DNA of 63,970 bases, filler included, from Reclinomonas americana ATCC 50394 (lineage: Eukaryota): assembly GCA_048213135.1 (NCBI GenBank). It is 15 parts of 15 records of this genome, joined end to end, with 100 filler letters (N's around TTAATTAATTAA, not from the genome) between each part and the next. Parts side by side here need not be neighbours in the genome. Positions count along the whole stretch, not along the records: positions 50,914 to 53,548 come from AFZH01023411.1; positions 53,649 to 54,982 come from AFZH01023412.1; positions 55,083 to 56,148 come from AFZH01023414.1; positions 56,249 to 62,567 come from AFZH01023416.1; positions 62,668 to 63,970 come from AFZH01023454.1; 10 more parts are not named here. One strand, given 5' to 3'. The translations under genes and the position numbers were made by a program. A model generated the notes under the pieces. That model saw nothing but the letters and a program-made list of their open reading frames with translations, was not told the origin of the DNA and made no database searches. Of the stretch, positions 50,970 through 62,814 are shown piece after piece; positions within the stretch are counted from its first letter, which is position 1; each line of letters begins with the position of its first letter.

Positions 50970-51842
50970 CTCCTCTCTCCTCCTCTCTCTCTCCTCCTCT
51001 CTCTCTCTCTCTCTTCCCTTGCCTTCTATCCTCTCCCCTTTTTCTCCCTCTCTCTCGCCACTTCCCTCACCACTTCCCTTGTTATCCCACAGACCTTTGC
51101 GGAGAAGGAGGCCGAGCTCAAGAAGATGTCGTACCCGCTCAACATCAAGTGCTTCTCGACCAGCATTTGGGACGAGACGCTGTACAAGGCATGTTTCCCT
51201 GCTCCTTTCCATTGAGCCTCCTTCCCCCACGTGCTCACTCCTTTCCGATTGCAGGCGTGGAGCTCGATTGTGTACTCGCTCATCCCCAATGTCGACATGC
51301 TGCAGCAGCACCTGGAGCGCTTTGCGGAGGTGTGCGAGGCCGACGAGGTGGTTTTGTTTGAGAAGGCGACGTTTTTGGAGATTTCGCAATCGGTGCGGAA
51401 ACCGCACACGGATGTGCATCGATTCGAGAAGATCTCCAACATTGTCAAGCAGTTCAAGCTGAGCTGCAGGTATGGGCGGGAAAAGGAGGAGGAGGAGGAT
51501 TGAGTGTGTGTGCTGATTCCATTGGTGGGCGGCAGCAAACTGCAAGGACAGTTCCAGTCGATCGAGGTGCGCAACTCGAGGTTTGCGGCCTACATTGAGC
51601 TGTTCACCAGCAACACGTACATCATGGTCATCATGTCGGATCCCACCATTCGTTGCGTGGACTTGTTGATGGCGACTGTGTGGAGATGGTGGCGGACGTT
51701 CCTCACTCTCTTCCCCCTTTCCTTGCCCTCTCCCTTTCCCTCTGAAGAATCGGCCACCACCCACCTCAACATCCAACTGGCCCGCGTGCACTTTGAGCGC
51801 TTCATCTCAAGTACGGAGGGCCTCGGCACCGTACTCAAATAA
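48774..51842 (+). CDS. RRAGA: Rag GTPase RagA/B (Gtr1), multi-exon across two gaps
   Basis: [52 protein letters not shown] and [16 protein letters not shown]. Confidence 0.97.
49441..49572. repeat. 24-bp intronic tandem repeat (GTGGAACAGCGAGCGACACAGCGA)
   Basis: Direct reading. Confidence 0.9.
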
Positions 51843-52035
51843 GCTTCTCTCTGTGTCGTGCGCGTGTGCAGCCGTGACCTGCGCTGGCATCTCTCTCACA
51901 TTGCTGCCGCTGCTGGTCTCTCTATTCCATTGTTCTGTCTATCGAGTTTGTTGTTACGTTTGTTGAGTGAAAAGAATGAGATTTTTTAAAGCCAACAAGA
52001 ACAACAAGGACAGAGGTGGTGATGATACAGCGGTT

Positions 52036-53806
52036 CTAAAGAACCGAGCAGCCGCTTCGCAGCGCAGCAGAGTATGGACCCTGCTCTGGCCTTGTGGAGA
52101 GCGAAGGTGGTGAGGAGGCGGAAGTTGAAGTGGATGACTTGGTGGCGACGGAAGTGGGGTCGAACTTCTCGCCGGGGTGGTAGAGCCAGTGCAGGAATGC
52201 CTGCGGGGGATGATGAATGAGCAATCATAATCGACGAGGGATAAGAACGGCAGACGTGCCTGCACGTGGAGCTCGGAAGGCTGCTTGTCCACCGATATTA
52301 CGAGACTCTGGCGGCCGTCAATCTGCTCGGGGGTGAGACTGCCGGCGAGCTTGTCCCGTGTCTCCTGCGAGAGTACGGCGTCTTTCGGTAACCGCTTGGA
52401 TGCCACGTCGTCGGTCACGAAGAAGAGCAGGGGCTCTGGGGATGGGGAAGTGAGAAGTGAGGGAGATGAGGGGAGGCGAACGTGGAGTGAGAAGGGCGCA
52501 CCGGTGGTTGAAGAGGTGAGGTGCTCCAGCAGGCCGCGGAGACCGAGCACGTCGCGGATGAGCCAGCGGGCCACGCATCCGTTCAGGAGCATGACTGTGA
52601 TGCGAGGTGGTGAGAGGAGGGCACAAACATGAAAGGAGACTGTGTGAACGGAAGAAAAGAGCGAAGGCTGACAAGAGTGGTGAATGAGAGGACATGCGTG
52701 AGGGAAGAGTGGCTGTGGAATGGAGGCCCCAAGGAATCGGAGAAGAACGGGCGCGCTCAGGAGACAGTGGAGAGAATGCTTCAGGCCGAGGAATTCAGGA
52801 AGTCAGGAATGCTGATGCACCGATACGATACAGAGCGAGAGAGAGAGAGAGAGAGAGAGACAGCGATCATGATGGAGGAGAACTGGAGTAAACAACGCAA
52901 CAAGGACAGAAAAGAAGACACAGAAAAGACGTAAATAGGGTGAAAATGAGAGAGAGAGAGACACACAGAGAGAGAGAGAGAGATAATGACAGGAAGAAAG
53001 AGAGAGAGAGAGATAATGACAGGAAGAAAGAGAGAGCGAGAGAGAGAGCAGAGAGAATGAGACAGAAAGAGAGAATGAGACAAACAGAGAGCATGAGACA
53101 GAAAGAGACTGAGAAAAGAAGGAGAGCTGGAGGAACGAAGATACGGAAAAGGGTTAAAAGAGAAGGAGAGAGGGAGAGCAGGAGAGGAGAATAAGAGCAA
53201 TAGATGCAACAGGGGCAGCAATAGAGACACAGCAAGGCGCACGAAGGGAATCACACAAAGGGTGTAAGAAGGAAGGAAAGACGGAGAGCGGGGCAGAGAA
53301 ACACAGACAGAGATCGATCAGGACGTGCCCAGCAATCCGTAAATGTCATAAGCAACCAGTTTAAGTTCTGCAACTCTTCTCATGTGTTCTCTCAAGTGTT
53401 CCAGATGTTGCTCTTCACTCCACCCTCTCACCTTCTCGCCCTCTCGCCCTCTCACCTTCTCACCTTCTCGCCCTCCCACCCTCAACCCTCGATCCTCAAC
53501 CCTCCACCCTCCACCCTCCACCCTCCACCCTCCACCCTCCACCCTCCANNNNNNNNNNNNNNNNNNNNNNNNNNNNNNNNNNNNNNNNNNNNTTAATTAA
53601 TTAANNNNNNNNNNNNNNNNNNNNNNNNNNNNNNNNNNNNNNNNNNNNTAAACCCTCAACCCTCCACCCTCTACCCTCTACCCTCAACCCTCCACCCTCC
53701 ACCCTCTACCCTCAACCCTCAACCCCCCACCCTCCACCCTCAACCCTCCACCCTAAACCCTCCACCCTCAGCCCTCAACCCTCAACCCCCACCTCAATCC
53801 TCCACC

Positions 53807-53845
<39 letters not shown>

Positions 53846-54821
53846 ACCCTTTTCCGTCTCCCGTCCACTCACCAACTCGCTGATGATCAATGACGGGAAA
53901 TGTGCTGGGATCCTGCGAGCGCACCAAATGAAACTGCGGATACACCGTGGCGCGCCCGTTCAGGTGCACTTGCAGGGCCTCCACCATGGCCGCAGGAGCC
54001 GCCGACGTGCGCGAATCGATCGAGTTGTCGTGAACGAAGAGGATTGAAAACTGGCGATTGACGAGTGAGTGGCAGGAGGACGATTCATCTCTTCCTTCGA
54101 AACGCACCCTCTGTTGCACGGGAAGTGGCATGAATTCCCTGCTGCGCATGGTGCGTGGTGACACGGGTGGTGATCCACGGGGAGTGGTGAGAGATTCCGT
54201 TCGACGGCGAGTCGCAGCAGTAAAACTGAAGACGGCTGCACGAAGGAACAGGTTAAGCGAATGGAGGATGCCGAGTTCCCTCGTGCGTTGCCGCACCTTC
54301 CTCCAAAAACTTGCACAGACGAGTGCGATGCTCGTCGAGATCGCCGGCGTGCTTTGAAGACAACCGAAGCGGGAAGGACAGTAGCAGACCACGTTGGCCA
54401 TTCATGTCGGCGTGTCGCAAGCCTGACAACGCCAGAAATGAGCAGCCCGATAACAATTGGAGAGAAGGGCAGAGAAGCGAGAGAGAGAGAGAGAAGGGCA
54501 GAGAAGCGAGAGAGAGAGAGAGAGAAGGGCAGAGAAGCGAGAGAGAGAGAGAGAGAGCGATGAGAGAGCGACGAAGCAAAGTAAAGCGACGAGAAAAAAG
54601 TAAAGCGACGAGCGACAGGAAAGCGAAGAGCGACGGGAGAGCGAAGAGCGACGGGAGAGCAAAGAGCGACGGTAGAGCAAAGAGCGACGGGAGAGCAAAG
54701 AGCGACGGGAGAGCGAAAGAGCGACGGGAGAGCGAAAGAGCGACGGGAGAGCGAAAGAGCGACGGGAGAGCGAAGGGGCGACGGGAGAGCGAAGGGGCGA
54801 CGACAGAGCGACAAAGGGAGA

Positions 54822-54881
<60 letters not shown>

Positions 54882-55700
54882 GACGTACGTACGTTACCTT
54901 AACCTAAACTACCTACGTTCGTCGTCCGTCCGTACCGTACCGTACCGTACCGTACCGTCGGTAACCGTACGGCGAGAGAGAGNNNNNNNNNNNNNNNNNN
55001 NNNNNNNNNNNNNNNNNNNNNNNNNNTTAATTAATTAANNNNNNNNNNNNNNNNNNNNNNNNNNNNNNNNNNNNNNNNNNNNTGAGAGACAGCGAGAGGG
55101 CGAGAGACAGCGAGAGGGCGAGAGACAGCGAGGCGAGAGACAACGAGAGGGCAAGTGACAACGAGAGGGCGAGTGACAGCGAGAGGGCGAGTGACAGCGA
55201 GAGGGCGAGAGACAACGAGAAAGCAACAGACAAGTCAAAATCGCGCTGCCCTTGCCTGCCAAACGCACCCTTCTCGCCGCCCGTCCATCGGCCTTGAGCA
55301 ACGGCATCTCCACGACGACCTTCTCCACCTGCACATACACGCCCTTGCGCAACATGGCCGATCGCACCGTGCCGAGAAACTCTTCCACCAGCAGCGGAAA
55401 CGGGTTCCGTTTCGACGAAGATGAGGAGGAGGAAGACTCACCCGCGGCTGCTGTTGAAGACGACGAGGAAGAGGGAGAGGAGGGAGAGGCGGCTGCTGTT
55501 GCGGACCGGGGGGAAGAGGAGGCAAAGGCGGCGGCGGAGAGCGAGGTTGGTGGCGGGGAAAGGCGGCCTGAGACGGGGCCGCGTGGGGAGGAGGGCGAGG
55601 AGAAGACTTGGGAGGCGGGTGGGGAGGATGGGTTGGTGGTGGTGGTGGTGGAGGTGGAGGAGGAGCGGGAGAGCTTGATCATTTCTTGAGGGACGAGGAT
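52036..55700 (-). CDS. Hypothetical multi-exon gene(s), exon fragments only
   Basis: Coding-like GC-rich blocks at ~52036-52590, ~53880-54030 and ~55240-55700 between low-complexity introns; no family recognised. Confidence 0.35.
53420..53850. repeat. Degenerate telomere-like heptamer array (CCCTCAA/CCCTCCA/CCCTCTA/CCCTAAA)
   Basis: Direct reading on both sides of a gap. Confidence 0.85.
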
Positions 55701-56394
55701 GATGAGGGAGACGGTTGGGGTGGAGGACGGGGAGGAGGCGGAGTTGAGGGAGGTGGCGCGGCGGGGGGACTGTGAGGGAGGGGGAGGAGGGAAGTGAGGG
55801 ACAGTGAGAGAGGGAGGGAGGGGGGAGGGAGAGAGAGAGAGAGAGGTGCGAGTGCGCGGGATCAAAACTCACAATCTCTGTTCTCTCTCTGTTCTCTCTC
55901 TCTCTTCACTCTGTCTAACACATGCAAGCACGCACAGACAGGGAACAAAGGCGACATGCGATGTGTGTGCGAGAGAGAGGGAGAGTGTGTGGGAGAGATC
56001 GGAACTGCATACAATACGTGAGCGCGCGCATTCTCACTCTCACTGCTCTCTCCCCCTCTCTCACACACACATTCTCACGCTCACACTCACACACAAACAG
56101 AGGAGAGAGACAAAGAATGCATCTTGCTGAGCGGAGCTGTGTGTGTGTNNNNNNNNNNNNNNNNNNNNNNNNNNNNNNNNNNNNNNNNNNNNTTAATTAA
56201 TTAANNNNNNNNNNNNNNNNNNNNNNNNNNNNNNNNNNNNNNNNNNNNGCTCAGCCAGTCTCCACCATGGTTGGTCGCATTGCTGCACTCTCACAAACAC
56301 ACGCGTACACTCGTTGTCCCTCCATCCACATCAACACACGTGTGCATTGCAGAGTGCAGTGCGATGCCAGCTGCTTCCTCTTCATTTCTGATCT

Positions 56395-57335
56395 GTGGAC
56401 GAGTCCCGGTGCAACCAGAGCACCGCGTTCCAGACCTCGCATCGCACGTGGTTCACCTTTGGAGTGGCTGGCGTTCCAGAGGGCGGTACGCTCTCCTTTC
56501 GACTCATGAATCTCAACAATCAGAGCAAGATGTACTCGAACGGTATGCCGCACCATGGTGGCTGGCGTCGTGTGCCTGGCCGCGTGTATAGCGACTTTGA
56601 CAAGCCCACTAATCAGTTATCCATGTGCTTTCTTTGAGCACACAATCATTGGAAGCGTTTGCCGATGTCGAATGCCGAGTGCGTGGACCTCCAGAGTTGC
56701 GCTTGCCACGAGCTCGAGGAGAAGGCTTTTCTCTCTCTGAGATTGCTCATTGGTGGTTCGCTGTATACCAGCACGTGGGATCGCAAGACGCTGAGACGGC
56801 AGGCATGGAACAATGTGGCCGAGGGCGGAGGCGTGTATTCACCACAGACAGCTACGAGCGCGGGCCAGCTGGTGGCGAAGATGTGCCGATGGTAAGCGAG
56901 GGCGGTTGCCTTACCGTCACCTACGTTGCCTTCTCCGTGCCGTACTCGTACGAGGAGACGAAACATAAGCTGTTGGCCTTTCATATCATGTTGTGGTATG
57001 TGTTGTGTGTTTCTTCTTCTCCAGGCGTCACCGCAAGACTCACTCCCTCACTGCCTCACTCTTGAAGTGAGTACTCGGACATTTACTACCACCGTGAGTC
57101 GCTGACGCGGAGTCTGGATGGTCGGCGTGTGGATCTTGTGACCATCTCGTCGCACGAGGAATCGTGAAGTTGGTGAGCTGTTTCTTTTCAGTTGTGTGCA
57201 AGTTAGTGTGGCTGACTGACCACAGCGATGTGCAGCGGGCATTGGTGGCTCGGATAATCCCGTTCGAGGGGAGCGAGCATGTGGTCTCCTTGAGTGCCCG
57301 CATGCACGTTGGAGCATCGTGCTCAATGAGGGTGA
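56395..57335 (+). pseudogene. Degenerate/truncated cytosolic carboxypeptidase (AGBL5/CCP5-like)
   Basis: RTWFTFGV..MNLNNQSKMYSNGM, YVAFSVPYSY and IYYHRESLTRSLDGRRVDLVTIS present; the SARVHPGE motif reads SARMHVGA; no rest of the M14 domain seen. Confidence 0.65.
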
Positions 57336-57394
57336 GTTTATTTGCGCACTGATATGGTTGCAGTTATTTCGATTTACATGCTGAATGTCGAAGG

Positions 57395-57476
57395 TCCGAA
57401 GGGAGGGAATTGAACCCTCGACCCTGGGATATCAGAACACTTACAGTCCCATGCTCTTCAGCTGAGCTACCTTCGG
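57395..57476 (-). tRNA. tRNA-Tyr(GTA) with 10-nt intron (57431-57440), possibly pseudo
   Basis: CCGAAGG/CCTTCGG acceptor; TGGGA-CTGTAA[GTGTTCTGAT]A-TCCCA; D-loop lacks GG; no T-run downstream. Confidence 0.8.
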
Positions 57477-57612
57477 CTGATATTATTTCGGCGCGCCCCT
57501 CGTGACCGCCCCCCTGGCCCACCCCTCTTTGGCGCATGATTGACCAACAACTGATCAGAAATTCCATCATCTATCCGTGATCATCACCACCACCACCACC
57601 ACGACGCCAGCC

Positions 57613-58040
57613 ATGAGCGACGCACGCCGCCCATTGCGCGTGCGCACGCTTGGTCGCTTCCACACGGGACGACGACGAGGAGGAGGAGGAGGAGGTGGCG
57701 ACGGCGACGGCGACAGGAAGGAAGAGGAAGAGGACGAGGACGAGAGCATCACCGATGATCGCGTGCTCAGTGTGGCTCTGGCGCACCATCGCTCGCATAC
57801 CGGCGTGTCTCCACACCCTCGCATATTCGTCGGCACCATGGAGGGTACCGTGCAGGTCTTCGACAAGGACGTGCGCAGCCGCACAGGCCGCGATGCACCC
57901 GCACGGCGCCTCACCTACGATGCATCGATCGCCGCCGTGGAGGCCGTGGTTGACACTCACGGCAGCGCCACTCTGCTGGCGGTCGGTGCAACATCGCCTG
58001 CCGTCACCGTGTGGGCGTGTGCCGTCCTCAATCCTTCAAG
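57613..58040 (+). CDS. Possible WD40-like N-terminal fragment (hypothetical)
   Basis: RVLSVAL...RIFVGTMEGTVQVFD...LLAVGATSPAVTVW. Confidence 0.35.
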
Positions 58041-58723
58041 TGAGTTGGTAAGCATGTATAAAAGCCAGCCTGTTGACAAATGGACGAAGAAGAAGCCACT
58101 GACTTGACGTTTACAACGAGGCTCGTTCTGAGTCGTGCGGATCTTTAGTGCGGGGCTTCGCTCACTGTTTCGTATGGAACTCTATCATCGCGATATCACC
58201 GACCGCACCACTCATGATCAGCTGCAGTTTTGTCGCTGCATTTCTTCGGATTGACCTCAACAGCGTTGTGTCGACGCTGGCGTGCTTTTCGAGATTGTTT
58301 TACTATGTGCTTCCCTGTGCTAGTCGTGGCTACAGCACCTGCCTGGCAAACTGCCGCTGCATGAGGTTTGCCTTCATCGCGGCAAGGGAGATTGGTTGTC
58401 GTACGCGTACTTGATGTCCGGATTCGATATTCAAGAACTTAGAATTCACTTCGTCTCGCGACAGCTGATGGTCACCATTTCCCCATTCACACCTCCATCA
58501 CCATGCCTCGCTTTTCTTCCATCCAAGACCCTGCAAGCCGGCGCCCGGAAGCCGCCCACATGAGACGCGCGCAATTTGGAGTGCAATTTGCAGTCCACCT
58601 CCGCGACTTCCTCTGGCCACCCGACTCGCACGCACCATAAAGCCGCTACGATGGCCCCCTTTGCAACCAACCACACCCCACATCACACCTCACTTGTGAG
58701 AGCTGACAACCTCCTCCTTCCAC

Positions 58724-58795
<72 letters not shown>
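58724..58795. repeat. (AAC)n microsatellite just upstream of the peroxidase start
   Basis: Direct reading. Confidence 0.95.
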
Positions 58796-58796
<1 letters not shown>

Positions 58797-58807
58797 GAAT
58801 AATCATC

Positions 58808-60560
58808 ATGATGTTCTCTCCTCGTGTGCTTGCCATGCTGGCACTCTTGGTCATTGTGGCCGTCTTGTGAGTCTTTTCCTCCCTCTCTCTCCCTACCACA
58901 GTCCCACTCACCTCTGTTGTTGCACAGCGCACAAGCCGCCTCTCCCCCACCGCCACCTCCTCCACAGCCACCGGCGCAACCCGAGTGGCGCTCGATTGAC
59001 GGCGCCAACAACAACCTGCAGCAGCGATGCGTTCCGGATGCGTCGGCACCCAACAAAAAGAAGTGCCCGCTTGGCTCGGCCGGCCAGACGTACATTCGCT
59101 ACGCCAACCTCGCCAACTACGGCGCCGACGACAGCCTGCGCGCGGGACCCAATGCCCGCGACATCTCCAACCTGGTGCTGCAGCAGGGCGTCGACGCCAA
59201 TGGCGAGCCGAATGAGTTCGAGGCCGCCAACAACGTGTCGGGCATGGTGTGGCAGTGGGGGCAGTTCCTGGATCACGACATTACGCAGACGGCCAGCGCC
59301 AGTCCCGCGCAGGACTCGTCGATTGCCGTGCTGGATCCGGCGGATCCGCTGTTTGGCGGCGCCATTCCGCAGTCGCGCGACGACTACCAGTCGATCAACG
59401 GTCGCCGTGAGCAGATCAACCACATCACTGCGTGGATCGACGCCTCGCAAGTGTACGGCTCCGACGCGACCACGGCCAAGTCGTTGCGCACCCTCTCCAA
59501 CGGCAAGATGAAGACCTCGGGTCCGGACGGCAACCTGCTGCCGACGAATGGCGCCTCGCCGGCGATCTCGTCGTACTTTGTGGCGGGCGATGTGCGTGTC
59601 AACGAGCAGTCCGGCCTCACCGCCATGCACACGGTGTTTGTACGCGAGCACAACCAGCTGTGCGACATTATCTTGCGCAACGACGCGCAGCTGGCGGCCA
59701 TGACGGACGCGGTGGCAAAGGACGAGATTGTGTACCAGCGCGCTCGTCGCATTGTGGGTGCCGAGATGCAACGCATCACCTACAAGGAGTTCCTGCCGGT
59801 GCTGCTTGGCGACTGCACGCCGTTCGACAGGATCAAGGCGTACAACTCCAACGCCGACGCCACCATCAGCAACGAGTTTGCGGCTGCGGCGTACCGCGTC
59901 GGCCACACGATGCTGAGCGATGCGCTGCCGCTGATGGACGAGGCGGACCCGGAGCCGCGTGAGCCGTCGCTTGCCGACTTCTTCTTCGATGCCACCGAGA
60001 TCCTGACGCACGGCGTGGATCCGGTGCTGCGCGGCCTGGCCAATTACCCGAGCGAGGAGGTCGACATTCACATTGCCGACAGCGTGCGCAACATGCTGTT
60101 TGAGCACGTGCCGGGCATGGCACGTGGCCTCGACCTCGCCGCCCTCAACATTCAGCGCGGCCGCGACCACGGTCTCACCACCTACAACCAGACTCGTCGT
60201 CGCCTCGGCCTGCCTGCGCGCGCACTCTTCACCGACATTACGGGCGGCGATGTGGTGGTGGCGGCGCAGCTGGCGGCGGCCTACAATGGCGACATTGAGA
60301 TGGTGGATCTGTGGGTGGGCGGGCTGGCGGAGCCGCATGTGGCCGGTGGCATGGTCGGCGAGACGTTCCGGGCGATTCTCGTGCAGCAGTTTGCAATGCT
60401 GAAGGCCGGCGATCGCTTCTTCTACGAGTGGCCGGGATCGCTGACGCAGTTTGAGCGCGACCTGGCATCGCGCCCTCTGGGCCGCATCATCGAGGACAAC
60501 ACTGGTGTGCGGTTCACGACGCACCAGGGCACCAGCATCATGTACCGCCCTCCGCAGTGA
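58808..60560 (+). CDS. Secreted heme peroxidase (peroxidase-cyclooxygenase superfamily), 2 exons
   Basis: Signal-peptide exon MMFSPRVLAMLALLVIVAV; RSIDGANNN, WGQFLDHD, AGDVRVNE, YRVGHTM and DLAALNIQRGRDHG motifs. Confidence 0.95.
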
Positions 60561-60781
60561 GCATCAACAACCAATCGGAATCCGCTTGTACATAGTCACC
60601 TAATGAAGTTGTACATAACACCTAATGTGAAGACGCCATCGTACACACCCACCGCCACATGTTCATTCGGCATGCTCGTCAACGACGAGAATGGAAAAAG
60701 ACAATGAATGACAAGAGGGGAGGAAAAACCGTCCAGCAAAACAACACACACAACACACCAACAAAAACACACACAAGCACA

Positions 60782-62300
60782 TCACTTCTTGCCAGCCAAC
60801 TCCTGCGTCTTGATGTAGTTGTGGATGCGGGCGCGGTTTCCTTGCTGGATGCACTGTGTGTGTGGATGGAAAAATCCGATGGTGAGAGAGCGAATATCAG
60901 AGGAAGGGATACCTGAGTGAGCCACAAACCTCGCAAATGAGGGTGATGTTGCGAATCTCCTGCTCCTTCAGGCGGAAGTAGCTGTAGAAGACTCCGTAGT
61001 GGAACTGTTGGTCGAATGCCTCCTGCAGCAGCTGGATTTCGTAGCGAGTGAACGCATCCTCGATTGCGCCCTCCACGCCATGTGTGCTGGCCAGCACGTG
61101 CTGGTAGTCCTTCTGCGCGGGTCGAAGAGAGAAACAGAGCACAGGTATCAGTAACCACGTGGGCGCTTATTGGACTATTCTCTCGACCTTCTGCGACCAC
61201 TCCCCAGTCATACACACACTCTTTTGGCTCTCTCTCGCCCAGTATCACCCTGCTCTGCTTGGCTCCTCTCTTCCCCACCCACACTCACCAGCGTCGTGTC
61301 CAGCGCAATCATCAAGCTGCCCTCGTCACGCACATCGTCCAACAGCGTCTGGTGGCCGAACGGGTACAGCAGACCAATGGTGGGGTACAGCTCTTGCCTG
61401 CGCACACACGCAAACACACACATGGAGCACGGTATGATCAGCTCATGATCTCGCACAACGGCACATTTCGAGCGACACCCACCGATCGTCCTTTTGCAGC
61501 TCCGTCTGGGAGGCATTCAACTGTTCACCGATGTGTGAGTCTTTCTTTTTCAGGTCGCAAGCAGCAATGACGTGTCCCCTTCTCCCTTTCCCCCCTCTCT
61601 CGCTCACCGTAATGTTGATGGATCGTCGGTCGGCCTCGAACTCGAGAATCTTGCGCATCACCTCGGCAGTGGTGCCGCCAATGTCCATGCAGAAATCGAA
61701 GAAGTCCTCGAGGTAGTGCTTGTACAGCTGCTGGCGAATGACCTGCCAAACACACGCACCAAAAAAACTGTCACCACAACACGTCCCGCCCTCTCATCGC
61801 GGGGAGCAGTGGCAGTGTGCGCAACTTCCAGATTGCTCTCGGCCAAGCTGGCAAACTCAAAGCACTTCTTGGAGAAGTACTTGCCGACAGGAGTGTCGAT
61901 GAGCACAGTGTGATACAGCTCCTCTGGTGACTGCGCCAGCGAGGCAGCGCCAAGCGACTCGAACAGACCGAGCGGGTGGCACTTGGTCAGCAACTCCTCC
62001 AGTCGCCGATCGTGAATGGTGCCGGTGAGGATCAAGATCACATTGTCAATCATGTAGCCGTGCTGGATATAGTCAAGGAACGCATCCAGTGTCTGCCCCG
62101 CATTGCCGCGCAGGTAGTTGAACTCCTTGACCTGAGCACCGCCGAGTGAGCGACACTCTCCAGGGAGGAGACAACAGCAATCAGAGAATGACACAAGACC
62201 ATTGTGTCAATGGCGCGATCGCGGATAATGGACGGCGCCAGCATGCCTTCCGCTTGCAAGAATGTGCCATAGTCGGTGCCAGACAAGTGAATGCGCACGT
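60782..62300 (-). CDS. ATP6V0D: V-type H+-ATPase V0 subunit d, 5' partial, multi-exon
   Basis: HLSGTDYG, YMIDNVILILTGT, KCHPLG, LYKHYLEDF, FEADRRSINIT and QFHYGVFYSYFRLKEQEIRNI. Confidence 0.97.
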
Positions 62301-62522
62301 CTGCGTGCGTGCGAGTGTGTGAGTGACATGGCCATGCCCATGCCCAAGCCTCTCTTGCTCTCTTGCCATACACCGCACTGGCCTTGCACAAGCACGGCAC
62401 TCAGCGCGCGCGACACACACACATAGAGACACGAGGCGCGCGAGAGAGCGCAGAGGAGATGATCAAACATGCCAGTGCAACACGGATCCAACTGCAACAC
62501 AGCACGCGAGAGAGAGAGAGAG

Positions 62523-62557
<35 letters not shown>

Positions 62558-62667
62558 GGAGGGAGGANNNNNNNNNNNNNNNNNNNNNNNNNNNNNNNNN
62601 NNNNNNNNNNNTTAATTAATTAANNNNNNNNNNNNNNNNNNNNNNNNNNNNNNNNNNNNNNNNNNNN

Positions 62668-62739
62668 GGCCGCGCCTTGCAGCAGGGCCCAGCCCCAGCC
62701 ACCGGGGCCGAAGCCGAGCAGAGCGAATTTGTCGAACAT
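62668..62739 (-). CDS. Bacterial amino-acid ABC permease N-terminus (HisQ-like), partial
   Basis: MFDKFALLGFGPGGWGWALLQGA, directly downstream of the binding-protein gene. Confidence 0.65.
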
Positions 62740-62769
62740 GGGAGGGCCGGCGCGCGAGGAGATGAGGCC

Positions 62770-62792
62770 CGCCGGCCTTCGAATGGCCGGCG
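62770..62792 (-). terminator. GC-rich intercistronic hairpin
   Basis: cgccggcc-ttcgaat-ggccggcg inverted repeat after the binding-protein gene; no U-tract, so it may be a stabiliser rather than a terminator. Confidence 0.45.
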
Positions 62793-62814
62793 GGCAGGCG
62801 TCAGCGGATCTGGC

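Noticed and set aside
54881..54975. cgtacgtacgttacc...cgtaccgtacc motif after a (GA)n run (also ~39566)
   Set aside because: Looks like low-quality pyrosequencing read-end noise next to gaps.
58908..60524. 538-aa antisense ORF over the peroxidase (also 6085-7702 and 62677-63603)
   Set aside because: Shadow ORFs caused by high GC3 codon usage; no motifs.
5544..61825. Atypical donors interpreted as U12-type introns
   Set aside because: None matches RTATCCTT and I saw no TCCTTAAC branch sites.
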